Shown here piece by piece: positions 48,755 to 57,051 of a stretch of DNA of 64,000 bases. The position numbers were made by a program, and so were the translations under genes. The stretch covers positions 1,152,001 through 1,216,000 of the forward strand of contig CBDEFM010000002.1 in the NCBI GenBank assembly GCA_965237415.1, in the 5' to 3' direction. A model generated the notes under the pieces. It did not search any database. It worked only from the letters and a program-made list of their open reading frames with translations, and was not told the origin of the DNA. Positions within the stretch are counted from its first letter, which is position 1. Every line of letters begins with the position of its first letter. The DNA comes from Alphaproteobacteria bacterium (GTDB lineage Bacteria > Pseudomonadota > Alphaproteobacteria > UBA828).

Positions 48755-49671
48755 CGCTTGAGCCCCTCGAAGACCTCTCCGAACCCGCCGAGCCTGAGCA
48801 TCAGAAGACGAAGCACGAAGAGCAGCGCGACCATGGCGACGAGGATGACCGTCGCCATTGCGGCGGCCACCGCATAGTTGAGCGCCGTCAAGAGACTGTG
48901 CACGGAGTTGCCCAGCAGGTGGGCGTGCCCGCCGCCGAGCAGCGAAGGAATAACGTCGGCGCCCAGCATGGGGACGAAGGTGAAAACGATCCCGGCGATG
49001 ATGCCCGGCATCACCAGGGGAAGAATGACGTGCAACAAGGTGTGAACCGTACCGCCGCCGAGATCCCGGCTCGCCTGCAGCAGCTCGTCGTCGATCATCA
49101 CGGCGGCCAGGAATATCGGGAACACCATGGTGGGGAAGTAGGGCCCGATGAGTCCCAGATGCACCGCGAACTCGGAAAAGAGCAGCCAGTCGAGCGGTTC
49201 GTCGATCAGTCCGAGGCCCATGAGCGCGCTATTGACGAAACCCTGGGTGCCGAGCACCGCCCGCCAGACGATGGTGCGCGCCGCCACGCTCAGGAAGAAC
49301 GGAACCGTCAGAAGCGCCAGCGTCATCGCGCGGATCGGGGCGGATTGGGTCCCTTTGGCCAACCAGAGAGCGAAGGGGAGCGCAACCAGCAGCTCGATCG
49401 CCGTCACCGTCGCGGCAATGCGGAACGTCCGGAGCGTTACCGACCAGCGGCCCGACTCGAAAAGATTGAGATAGGCGTCAACGTTCGGGTCGAAGTAGAC
49501 GCGAAAACCCTTAATCGAGAGAAACGACCAGACCACGAGGCCAATCAAGGGCACCAGCATCACCAACGCCCAAACCACCATGAAGGCCCAGACCGGGCCG
49601 TGGCGTTCGCCCACCAGCCCGCGGAGAAAATGCAAGGCGGGCGGCGGACTGCCGAAGCTCCTAGCCCGCAA
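48751..49671 (-). CDS. Polyamine-type ABC permease (PotB-like); native start separated by a MITE
   Basis: ASRDLG EAA loop; the current TTG start lies inside the MITE terminal repeat, and the original ATG is at 50015-50017. Confidence 0.8.
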   Translation of the reverse strand: MRARSFGSPPPALHFLRGLVGERHGPVWAFMVVWALVMLVPLIGLVVWSFLSIKGFRVYFDPNVDAYLNLFESGRWSVTLRTFRIAATVTAIELLVALPFALWLAKGTQSAPIRAMTLALLTVPFFLSVAARTIVWRAVLGTQGFVNSALMGLGLIDEPLDWLLFSEFAVHLGLIGPYFPTMVFPIFLAAVMIDDELLQASRDLGGGTVHTLLHVILPLVMPGIIAGIVFTFVPMLGADVIPSLLGGGHAHLLGNSVHSLLTALNYAVAAAMATVILVAMVALLFVLRLLMLRLGGFGEVFEGLKR

Positions 49672-50013
49672 TTCTCACGACGGTCATGGTCTGCGCGGCG
49701 CTCTCCGGCCGACAGGGTAGGAACGGCGCGCAGCGCATCGTGCGCTCCCGCGCGCGTCCCGCGCGACGCAGGACATCGGGCAAGCGCCGTGACGCACACT
49801 GTCGGCCGGAGAGCGCCGCCCTTCGGGTCGCGCCCAGGCGCCCGCCCGCATCGTGCGCTCCGCGCGCGTCCCGCGCGACGTCGCGGGCCTCAACCGTAGA
49901 CACCGATACGCTTTTCGGCCCGCTCCTGGCGGATCGAACGTCTGGGTGCATCGTGCGCTCCGCGCGCGTCCCGCGCGACGCAGGCCGTGACCCTGGAGAG
50001 AAATGCGGGCTAG
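49661..50013. mobile_element. MITE-like non-autonomous element with CTAG flanks
   Basis: CTAG at 49661 and 50010; imperfect terminal inverted repeats CCCGCA(A/T)TTCTC...GGTCA(T/C)GG; removing the element restores the permease N-terminus MSRSFGSPPP. Confidence 0.8.
49735..49980. repeat. 3 x ~33-bp direct repeats separated by unique ~79 and 67 bp spacers
   Basis: GCATCGTGCGCTC(C)CGCGCGCGTCCCGCGCGACG at 49735, 49848 and 49948. Confidence 0.9.
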
Positions 50014-50085
50014 ACATGACCTACGGCTTCAGCAGCCCGCCATCCTTCGTCATTGCGCAGAGATATCGCCGCAAGCAGCCTGACG

Positions 50086-51276
50086 TTACGCCTGAACGAA
50101 ACGATCCCACTCGGATTCGATGGCCTGCGCATTATCCGGCGCGGCATTCTGCCAGAACTGCTCGGCGGTAAACTTCTTCTCGATCTTGGCGAGGTTCTCC
50201 TCGATGGACTGGATCTTCTCGGGTTCCCAGTTCTCCGACTTGGCGTACTCGAGTCCCAGTTGCGGGTTCCCCGTCACATAGCCGCGCAGCACGGCGATCT
50301 GGGCGCTGTACGCGCCGCCGAGGAAACCGTCGATCGCACGGTAGATCGTCTCGAGGTTGCCGCGCTCCGCCGCCTGCGCGGGGATGTAGGCCCCCAGCAT
50401 CCACTTGTTGTATCCCTCGACGGTGTAGGCATAGCGGACGTTGTGGCCCTGGCGCTGAAGCGCCTTTACCGCCGGCTCCCAACAGTTCTGGACGATGACT
50501 TCGCCGTTGGCCATGAGGTCGATAGACTCCTCCCAGGTACCCCAGAGGGACCGGAACTGGCCGGCGTTCTTGCGCTCGATGAGGAAGTCCGCCGTCGTCT
50601 TCGCTTCTTCGGGGGTCATGTTGGACGGCTGGTCGATGGTCGCCAGGCCGTGGTGCTTCAGGTACATGCCCGCCATGGCGAACGTGGTGAGCCAGGTATC
50701 CTCCAGCGAGACCTTGCCCATGGTCTCTTCGCTGTCGAAGAGGAGGTCGTAGGTCAGCGGCTCCTCGCGATTGAGCTGGTCGGGGAAATAGGCGAAGGAA
50801 TCGGCGTTGAAGACGATGGGGACTCCGTACTGGGTGCCGTCCTTGCCGCGAAGCAGGGGACTGCGCTTGACCGTATCGGGCACGCCGTCCCAGCGCTTCA
50901 TGGCGGATTCGTCGATCGGCATGATGAGGCCTTCCGGAGCCAGACGATCCTCCACGCCGCCGTCGAAGCAGAACATGTCGAAATCGTCGCCGGCGGCATC
51001 GGCGATGGCCTCTTTCAGGAACACACCGGGATCGCTGGCGATCGCCTTCCACTCGACGGTGATCCCGGTCTCCGCAGTAAAGGCAGACCAGTCGTCCAGC
51101 GCAACCACGTTCGGGCCGATGATCCTGATGGTCGTTTCCTCGGCCCTCGCCTGCCTCGGCGAGGTCTTGAGGATTGCCGGCGCGGCAATGGCCGCACCAA
51201 GTGCCGCCGAGCCCTTGAGGAAGTTGCGACGGCTGCGCCCTTTCGCCGTCCGGGCACCATTCTCGCGTTTAGACAC
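50086..51276 (-). CDS. Tat-exported PotD-like substrate-binding protein
   Basis: SRRNFLKG Tat motif, FTAETGI, YGVP; GTG start after AGGGAGGG. Confidence 0.85.
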   Translation of the reverse strand: MSKRENGARTAKGRSRRNFLKGSAALGAAIAAPAILKTSPRQARAEETTIRIIGPNVVALDDWSAFTAETGITVEWKAIASDPGVFLKEAIADAAGDDFDMFCFDGGVEDRLAPEGLIMPIDESAMKRWDGVPDTVKRSPLLRGKDGTQYGVPIVFNADSFAYFPDQLNREEPLTYDLLFDSEETMGKVSLEDTWLTTFAMAGMYLKHHGLATIDQPSNMTPEEAKTTADFLIERKNAGQFRSLWGTWEESIDLMANGEVIVQNCWEPAVKALQRQGHNVRYAYTVEGYNKWMLGAYIPAQAAERGNLETIYRAIDGFLGGAYSAQIAVLRGYVTGNPQLGLEYAKSENWEPEKIQSIEENLAKIEKKFTAEQFWQNAAPDNAQAIESEWDRFVQA

Positions 51277-51485
51277 TGCATTCCCTCCCTGTGTCGTTGT
51301 TGGAGACAAGAGTAGCTGCATGACCGGCGCCGCTCAACAGACCGGCACGGCGACACAGCCGCCGGGCTCTTCATCGATCTGGATGCCGTCCTCTTCCGAC
51401 GGCATCACCCATTAAGCTGCGTCAACGCGTTGGAGGCGGGCTTGCCTCCTGCTGACTCGGGTTGCCGAACGACGCGCCCGGAGGG

Positions 51486-53543
51486 CTAGAAATCCACCCG
51501 ATAATTGCCCTGCGCGTCGGTCGTCGCGGTCATCCCCGGCAGCAGGAGCACCGTGGTCGTTTCCTCTTCGATGACGGCGGGTCCATCGATCACGGCCGCG
51601 GATCCGAGCGACCCGCCATCGTAGACGGGAAGCTCCGCCAGCCCACCCAGCTCCCGGACATAAATCCGCCTCGGCGATTTCTCCGGAAGCGGGCCGTCCT
51701 GAGCGGGCACCGCGCCCTTGCCTACCGCGTCGCTCTCCCACCGTGCACCGATCGCGCGAACCTTCCAGGTCGTGAATTCCACCAGATCTTCGTCGATGCG
51801 GATCGTGTAGACCCGCTCGTGCGTCTGATGAAAGCCCTCGACTAGAACCTCGATATCGCTCTCCTCGATCCCGGCGTCGGTCACGGTGAAGGGCACTTCG
51901 ATTTCCCAGGATTGATACTGATAGCGGCCCATGAAGGCATACTCGAAGCGGCGCCGTTCGGCGGGAACCCCGGCACGCGCCAGAAAGCTGTTGCCGACTT
52001 CGCGCAGCCGTTCGAGCAGTTCGTTGACGGCCCGGCCGACGAAGCGCTCCGCATCGGTGTGCAGTGTCGCGGTCTCCTCCCACTTGATGTCGGAGATGAG
52101 GCCGCCGAGCGCGCTCAATCCGGCCGTCAGTTTCGGGATCATGAAATTCCTGATCCCCAGTTCGCGGACCAACTCGCCGACATGGCACGCCGTCGCCCCG
52201 CCGCCCGCCACAAGATAGCTTTCCCGCGGGTTTATGCCCTCGTTGACCGTAATGTCCTCGATCGCCGCGATCATGTGGTGGTTGCTCGTGGTGTGAATCG
52301 CATAGGCCGCTTCGACGAGATCGATGCCGAGGGCCTCGGCGACGGTGCCCACCGCCCGCTCCGCGGCCTCGCGGTCGAGCCTGATCCTGCCGCCGAGATA
52401 ATAGTCGGGGTCGATGATGCCTAAGATGACGTTCGCATCGGTGACCGTTGGCTCGGTGCCGCCCTTGCCGTAACAGGCCGGCCCCGGCATCGCGCCTGCG
52501 CTTTGCGGACCGACATGCAGCAGCCCGCCCACGTCGACCCAGGCGATGCTGCCGCCGCCGGCCCCGATGGATCGCACGTCCACCTTGGGTATTCCGAGGC
52601 GGTCGTTGCCGAACATCGCCTCGGGCGATACGACGAGCCGGCCGGCGCGGATGGCCGAGACATCGAAGGTCGTGCCACCCATGTCGATGACGATGACGTC
52701 CTCTTCCGCGGTCAGGTGCGATGCCGCGATTGGCGCGAGCGTGGGGCCCGACATGACGCTGTAGATCGGCTTACGGAGCATTTCGTCGGGCGGCATCATG
52801 CCGCCGATGCAATTGGCCAGCAGAAGCTCCTTCCGGAAACCGGCTTCCGTCAGGCTGTCGCGCAGCTCGCCCACATAGGCGCCGACGATCGGGTGCAGCG
52901 ACGCGTCGATCGCGGCCGAAATCATGCGCCGGTACTCGCGCGGTATCGGGTTGAGTCGGTGGCTGAGGGTGACCGGCTGCTCCGGCCAGTCTTGCCGGAA
53001 GATCTCGCCGACCCGCTCTTCATGCGCACCGTTGACGATCGACCAGAGCAGGCAGACCGCGACAGCCTCGACATCCATGTTTCGAAAGTGCGCAATCGCA
53101 GCGCGGACATCGGCGTCGCTGAGCGGCTCGTACTCCTGGCCGTCCGCGTCGATGCGGCCCGCGACCTCGAAGGTCAGGTGACGCGGCACGAAGGGATCGG
53201 GATAGTCCAGGCGCCATTCGAAGGTTCGCTTGGGCTGTGCCTCCCGCAGGGTCAGGACGTCCGGGTGGCCCTTGTTGCAGATCAGTCCAACCCGCGCGGT
53301 CCTCCCTTCCACCAGGGCATTGGTCGAGACCGTGGTGCCGTGGACGATGGAATCCACCTTCGCCAGGAATGTCTTCGAATCGAGCGCGTAATGCGCCGCC
53401 GCCAGATCGAGCACGTCCATGACGCCGTGCGCGAACTGGCCCGGGGTCGTCGGCGACTTGAAGATCTTCATCTCGCCGCGGTTCTCGGTGATCACGCAGT
53501 CGGTGAAGGTGCCGCCGATATCGATGCAGACGTCGAATGCCAT
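51486..53543 (-). CDS. Hydantoinase A/oxoprolinase family protein
   Basis: IDIGGTFTD, HGTT, DMGGTTFD, GPQSAGAMPGPACY. Confidence 0.95.
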   Translation of the reverse strand: MAFDVCIDIGGTFTDCVITENRGEMKIFKSPTTPGQFAHGVMDVLDLAAAHYALDSKTFLAKVDSIVHGTTVSTNALVEGRTARVGLICNKGHPDVLTLREAQPKRTFEWRLDYPDPFVPRHLTFEVAGRIDADGQEYEPLSDADVRAAIAHFRNMDVEAVAVCLLWSIVNGAHEERVGEIFRQDWPEQPVTLSHRLNPIPREYRRMISAAIDASLHPIVGAYVGELRDSLTEAGFRKELLLANCIGGMMPPDEMLRKPIYSVMSGPTLAPIAASHLTAEEDVIVIDMGGTTFDVSAIRAGRLVVSPEAMFGNDRLGIPKVDVRSIGAGGGSIAWVDVGGLLHVGPQSAGAMPGPACYGKGGTEPTVTDANVILGIIDPDYYLGGRIRLDREAAERAVGTVAEALGIDLVEAAYAIHTTSNHHMIAAIEDITVNEGINPRESYLVAGGGATACHVGELVRELGIRNFMIPKLTAGLSALGGLISDIKWEETATLHTDAERFVGRAVNELLERLREVGNSFLARAGVPAERRRFEYAFMGRYQYQSWEIEVPFTVTDAGIEESDIEVLVEGFHQTHERVYTIRIDEDLVEFTTWKVRAIGARWESDAVGKGAVPAQDGPLPEKSPRRIYVRELGGLAELPVYDGGSLGSAAVIDGPAVIEEETTTVLLLPGMTATTDAQGNYRVDF

Positions 53544-53545
53544 GC

Positions 53546-55363
53546 CTACCCCGACGATTCGTCCGCGGCGCGCAGGGCCGCCGTCGCGTCTTCATCGACG
53601 CTGTAGTCGACCCCGTTCTCGGCCAACTTGAGCACCACCTTGTAGGCGCTTTCGGCGCGTTCCGCGCTGATCCACTCGCGATTGGTTGCGGCCGCGACCT
53701 TCGCCGGATCGCGGGATGACGGATCGCCGTATCCGCCACCGCCGCAGGTCACGAAGCGCAGCATTTCGCCGGGCAGGAAGATATCCGAGGCGAAGGGCTC
53801 GAGCTTCTCGAGCTGGCCGTTGCGGTGGCGCTTCAGGTTGGCGGAGCAGGCCGAATCCATCCCGCCGATCACCCCGCGCGGCGGCGACACGTCGCCGTCG
53901 CTGCCCCAGTAAGCGGTCATCTCGCCCGCGAGCGGGCCGAACTCGCCCTCCAGCGCAGGCGCGCCGTCCCATTCGCCCGGACCCAGCGAATCCTTGGCGA
54001 TCTGGCGGGAGGTTATGATGATCGGGTACATGCTCTCGTCGATCTCGATCGAGTCGAGGCGCATCTGCCCGCCGTCGCAGGCCGCGCCGCTCAGCAGCCA
54101 TCCGTCGTAGCCATAGAGGCCCGGCCCGCTGCCGTAGCCGATGAAGACCTGGTTCACGTAGGGGTGGTCGCCCTTGCGCGGGTCGCTGCCGGAAATGACG
54201 GCTTCGCCGCTGCTCTGGGAATAGGCGAACTCGCCCATTCCGTAAGGTTGGCCGATCTGCGAGAAGCAACAGGTGACGGCGGTGATCAGCCGTGAGTTCA
54301 CGTTCGTCGTCGCGACCGATGTGCCGGCGGGATATTTCGGCCGCCCGACCACGCAACCGTCGCGCAGCAGCACATTGATGCGGGACGCGCTGCCCTGGTT
54401 GTGCGGAATGCTGGCGTCGAGGTTGTAGAATACCCCGATGCGGCAGGATGCGGCGGCACAGGCCTCGGACAGGTTGATCCCGCCGGGCACGCAATCGATG
54501 TTGTCGCGGGCATCGACGGTCACCTCTCCCGCATCGGGATCGATGGTGACGAAGACCTTGACCGGCACCCCGTCATCGGCGACGCCGGGCACCGGATCGT
54601 GGCAGGTCTCGTAGGTCCAGGTGCCCTTCGGCAGCTTCTCGATCTCGGCGATGGCCCGGCGCTCACCGTAGTCCATCCAGTCCTCGATGAAGTCCCTGAT
54701 CGTCTCTTTGCCGTAACGCTCGACCAGCTCCTTGAGCCGCCGCTCGGCGGTCCGACAGGCGCCGATCTGGGCGAGATAGTCGCCATACCAGATTTCGCCG
54801 ACCCGGATTTTGATGCGGCACATGCGAATGATGTCGTTCTTGTCCTTGAAGTTTTCCTGAACCCGGACGCAGGGGAGATGCACGCCCTCCTCGTATATCG
54901 TGGCCGCTTCGGGCAGGTAGGTGCTGGGGATCGGCGCGCCGATATCCGCGTGATGAGAACGTGACAGCGCCCAGAAGAGAGGCTCGCCATCGCAGAAAAC
55001 CGGGACGCAGACGGTGATATCCGCATGATGGGTCGCACCGGTGTAGGGGCAGTTGTTGATGTAGGCGTCGCCTTCCTTAATGTCGTCGAAGAATCCGGTG
55101 ATCGGCATCGTGGTGAGCTCGAGCGCAATGACATGCACCGGAACGACATCCTCGACGCAGAGCAGCCGGTGGTCGTAGGTCAGCAAGCCGCACGACATGT
55201 CGCGCGAGTTCTTGATCACCGCAGACCGGCTCGCCTTCATGACGGTGTTCACCATCTCGCGGCTGATCGCCTCGAGCCGGTGCGACAGGACCGAGAGCAG
55301 GAAGGGCTCGATGCGTTGTTCCGAGCGCCGTGACGGGGCCTCTTGCCCCTCGGCCTTCACCAT
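53546..55363 (-). CDS. Hydantoinase B/oxoprolinase family protein
   Basis: NCPYTGATHHAD, SHHADIG, IYEEG, GGGGYGDP. Confidence 0.93.
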   Translation of the reverse strand: MVKAEGQEAPSRRSEQRIEPFLLSVLSHRLEAISREMVNTVMKASRSAVIKNSRDMSCGLLTYDHRLLCVEDVVPVHVIALELTTMPITGFFDDIKEGDAYINNCPYTGATHHADITVCVPVFCDGEPLFWALSRSHHADIGAPIPSTYLPEAATIYEEGVHLPCVRVQENFKDKNDIIRMCRIKIRVGEIWYGDYLAQIGACRTAERRLKELVERYGKETIRDFIEDWMDYGERRAIAEIEKLPKGTWTYETCHDPVPGVADDGVPVKVFVTIDPDAGEVTVDARDNIDCVPGGINLSEACAAASCRIGVFYNLDASIPHNQGSASRINVLLRDGCVVGRPKYPAGTSVATTNVNSRLITAVTCCFSQIGQPYGMGEFAYSQSSGEAVISGSDPRKGDHPYVNQVFIGYGSGPGLYGYDGWLLSGAACDGGQMRLDSIEIDESMYPIIITSRQIAKDSLGPGEWDGAPALEGEFGPLAGEMTAYWGSDGDVSPPRGVIGGMDSACSANLKRHRNGQLEKLEPFASDIFLPGEMLRFVTCGGGGYGDPSSRDPAKVAAATNREWISAERAESAYKVVLKLAENGVDYSVDEDATAALRAADESSG

Positions 55364-55732
55364 TGCCGTCTCCCCGTCGTTCGAGGCCGGCCGCGTTGAT
55401 GGTTGCTTGTGGCGGCCGCGCGCCGGAATTATTTCACGGCGTCTCGTCCGGGCGCCGTTCGATCCACTATCCGTGCCCCATTTTTCCTGTCAAGAATGGC
55501 ACGGCCAGGCGTGTCGAAGCGGCTCACGCGGCCTTCCGGGTTTGGGTGTCGATGACCGCCGCGTCAGTCCCCGGGCCGTTTACCGACGTCGGGCCAGTCC
55601 CTCAAGCTCACGCCGCTCCGATGCCGACAAGCCCGCATTTTTCACCACGGTCATGGTCTGCGCTGCTCTGTCCGCCGGTCACCCCTCCGACACAATCGAC
55701 GAACATTTTCTCATAGGCCGTTCGGTGAAGAC

Positions 55733-55754
55733 GCCATGTCAGATACGACATGGC
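55733..55754. promoter_or_regulatory. Perfect 8-6-8 palindrome, possible operator
   Basis: GCCATGTC-agatac-GACATGGC in an AT-richer stretch upstream of the hydB-hydA-pot operon. Confidence 0.4.
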
Positions 55755-56011
55755 AATTTACCTGTTCTACATGGCTGAGTTGCGGGATAATGTGTCGTTC
55801 CGCCGCCGGTATCCCTGTCCTCGCTGGGCCGGCCGTAGCGTAGTCGCGGCGTTGCGTCCGATCCCAGGCCGGCGGCGGACAAAGCCCCGGCGCCGCTGGC
55901 GGCCACCGTTTGCCTCCTGGGCTCTCGACCGTCGCGCGGCGCCGGGGCCGTCTCTTTGTACACCGGAGATCTGGCCTGCGCTCTCTGCGCGTGTGCCGCG
56001 CATCTTCGTTT

Positions 56012-56134
56012 CGCGCGCGTTCTGCGTGACCTCTGTCCGCGCGCGTTCTGCGTGACCTCTGTCCGCGCGCGTTCCGCGTGACCTCTGTCCGCGCGCGTTC
56101 CGCGCGACCTCTGTCCGCGCGCGTTCCGCGCGAC
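56012..56134. repeat. 26-bp tandem repeat (4 full copies plus 1 partial)
   Basis: CTCTGTCCGCGCGCGTTC(C/T)GCG(C/T)GAC starting at 56031, 56057, 56083 and 56109. Confidence 0.95.
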
Positions 56135-56140
56135 CCCCGC

Positions 56141-56527
56141 TCATGCGTTGCCTGCCAGCAGGTGGGCGTTGATCTGGTCGAGCTGCTTGTCGAGGCCGGC
56201 GATCATCTTGTCCGTGCCGTCGAGCGTCGCGCGGAGCGCCGCGATCTCCCCCTGCACCGCCGTGACCGAGCGGCCGAGGGCGGCGAACTCGCGGGCATCG
56301 GGGAGGGCTTCGAGCGCGGTGGAGAGCTTGACCAGGCCGCGCTCGACGGTCTCCATGCGCGCGCCCAAGGCGCCGACGCCGGTGTCGCGCTTCTCCAGGT
56401 CGCCCAGGCTCTTGCTGGCGACGGCGCCGGCGGATTCGAGCCGGCGCACCCGCACGAAGAGGCCGACGCAGGCGCCGACGACGGCACCCACCGCACCGCG
56501 CGCGACCCAGGTTTCGAGGTCGCTCAT
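56141..56527 (-). CDS. Mu-like phage membrane-anchored coiled-coil protein (DUF2730-like)
   Basis: N-terminal TM segment, coiled coil, LEALP and V.GEI motifs; follows the holin. Confidence 0.6.
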   Translation of the reverse strand: MSDLETWVARGAVGAVVGACVGLFVRVRRLESAGAVASKSLGDLEKRDTGVGALGARMETVERGLVKLSTALEALPDAREFAALGRSVTAVQGEIAALRATLDGTDKMIAGLDKQLDQINAHLLAGNA

Positions 56528-57051
56528 CGGGCCGCTCCGCCCTCGCGCGGACGCCGCTTCTCGATCTGGCGGGAACCGAACCACCAGAGCATCGCGGCGG
56601 TGAAGAGATAGAGCACGGTCTCGACGATGCGGGGCCGGAGGCCCATGGCTGCGAGATCGGACGCGCCCAGCAGGAAGTAGATCGCGCCCACGAGGGCGAA
56701 GAGGCTCCAGGTGAGCAACGGCCGCGTGAGGCCCCGCACGGCGTCGACGAATTGCATGAGCCGGCCTTCGCCGGGGCGGGACCAGCGCCGGCTGGCCTCC
56801 CGGTACGAGGCTTCAAGCGCTTCCCACTCGGCCCGCTCCCGCGTGGCCTGGGCCTCGATGGCGGCGTGGGCCGCGGCGCCCTCGGCCTCGGCCTTCGCGA
56901 GCTCGATGTCGAGGCGGCGCAGGTCCAGCTCCTGGCTGTGCTGCTGGCGGGACTGGAAGAAGTCGACGACGGCCGAAAGCGCCGTGCCCAGCAGCCCGGT
57001 TGCGCCGCCGGTGAGCACCGAGGCGCCGAGATTGAAGAGGGTCTCAAGCAT
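56524..57051 (-). CDS. Putative phage holin
   Basis: TM segments, VRGLTRP and WWFGSR motifs typical of 3TM-type holins. Confidence 0.65.
   Translation of the reverse strand: MLETLFNLGASVLTGGATGLLGTALSAVVDFFQSRQQHSQELDLRRLDIELAKAEAEGAAAHAAIEAQATRERAEWEALEASYREASRRWSRPGEGRLMQFVDAVRGLTRPLLTWSLFALVGAIYFLLGASDLAAMGLRPRIVETVLYLFTAAMLWWFGSRQIEKRRPREGGAAR

Noticed and set aside
49735-49980. Canonical CRISPR array
   Set aside because: Only three repeats, long unequal spacers, no AT-rich leader and no cas genes; it lies within a MITE.
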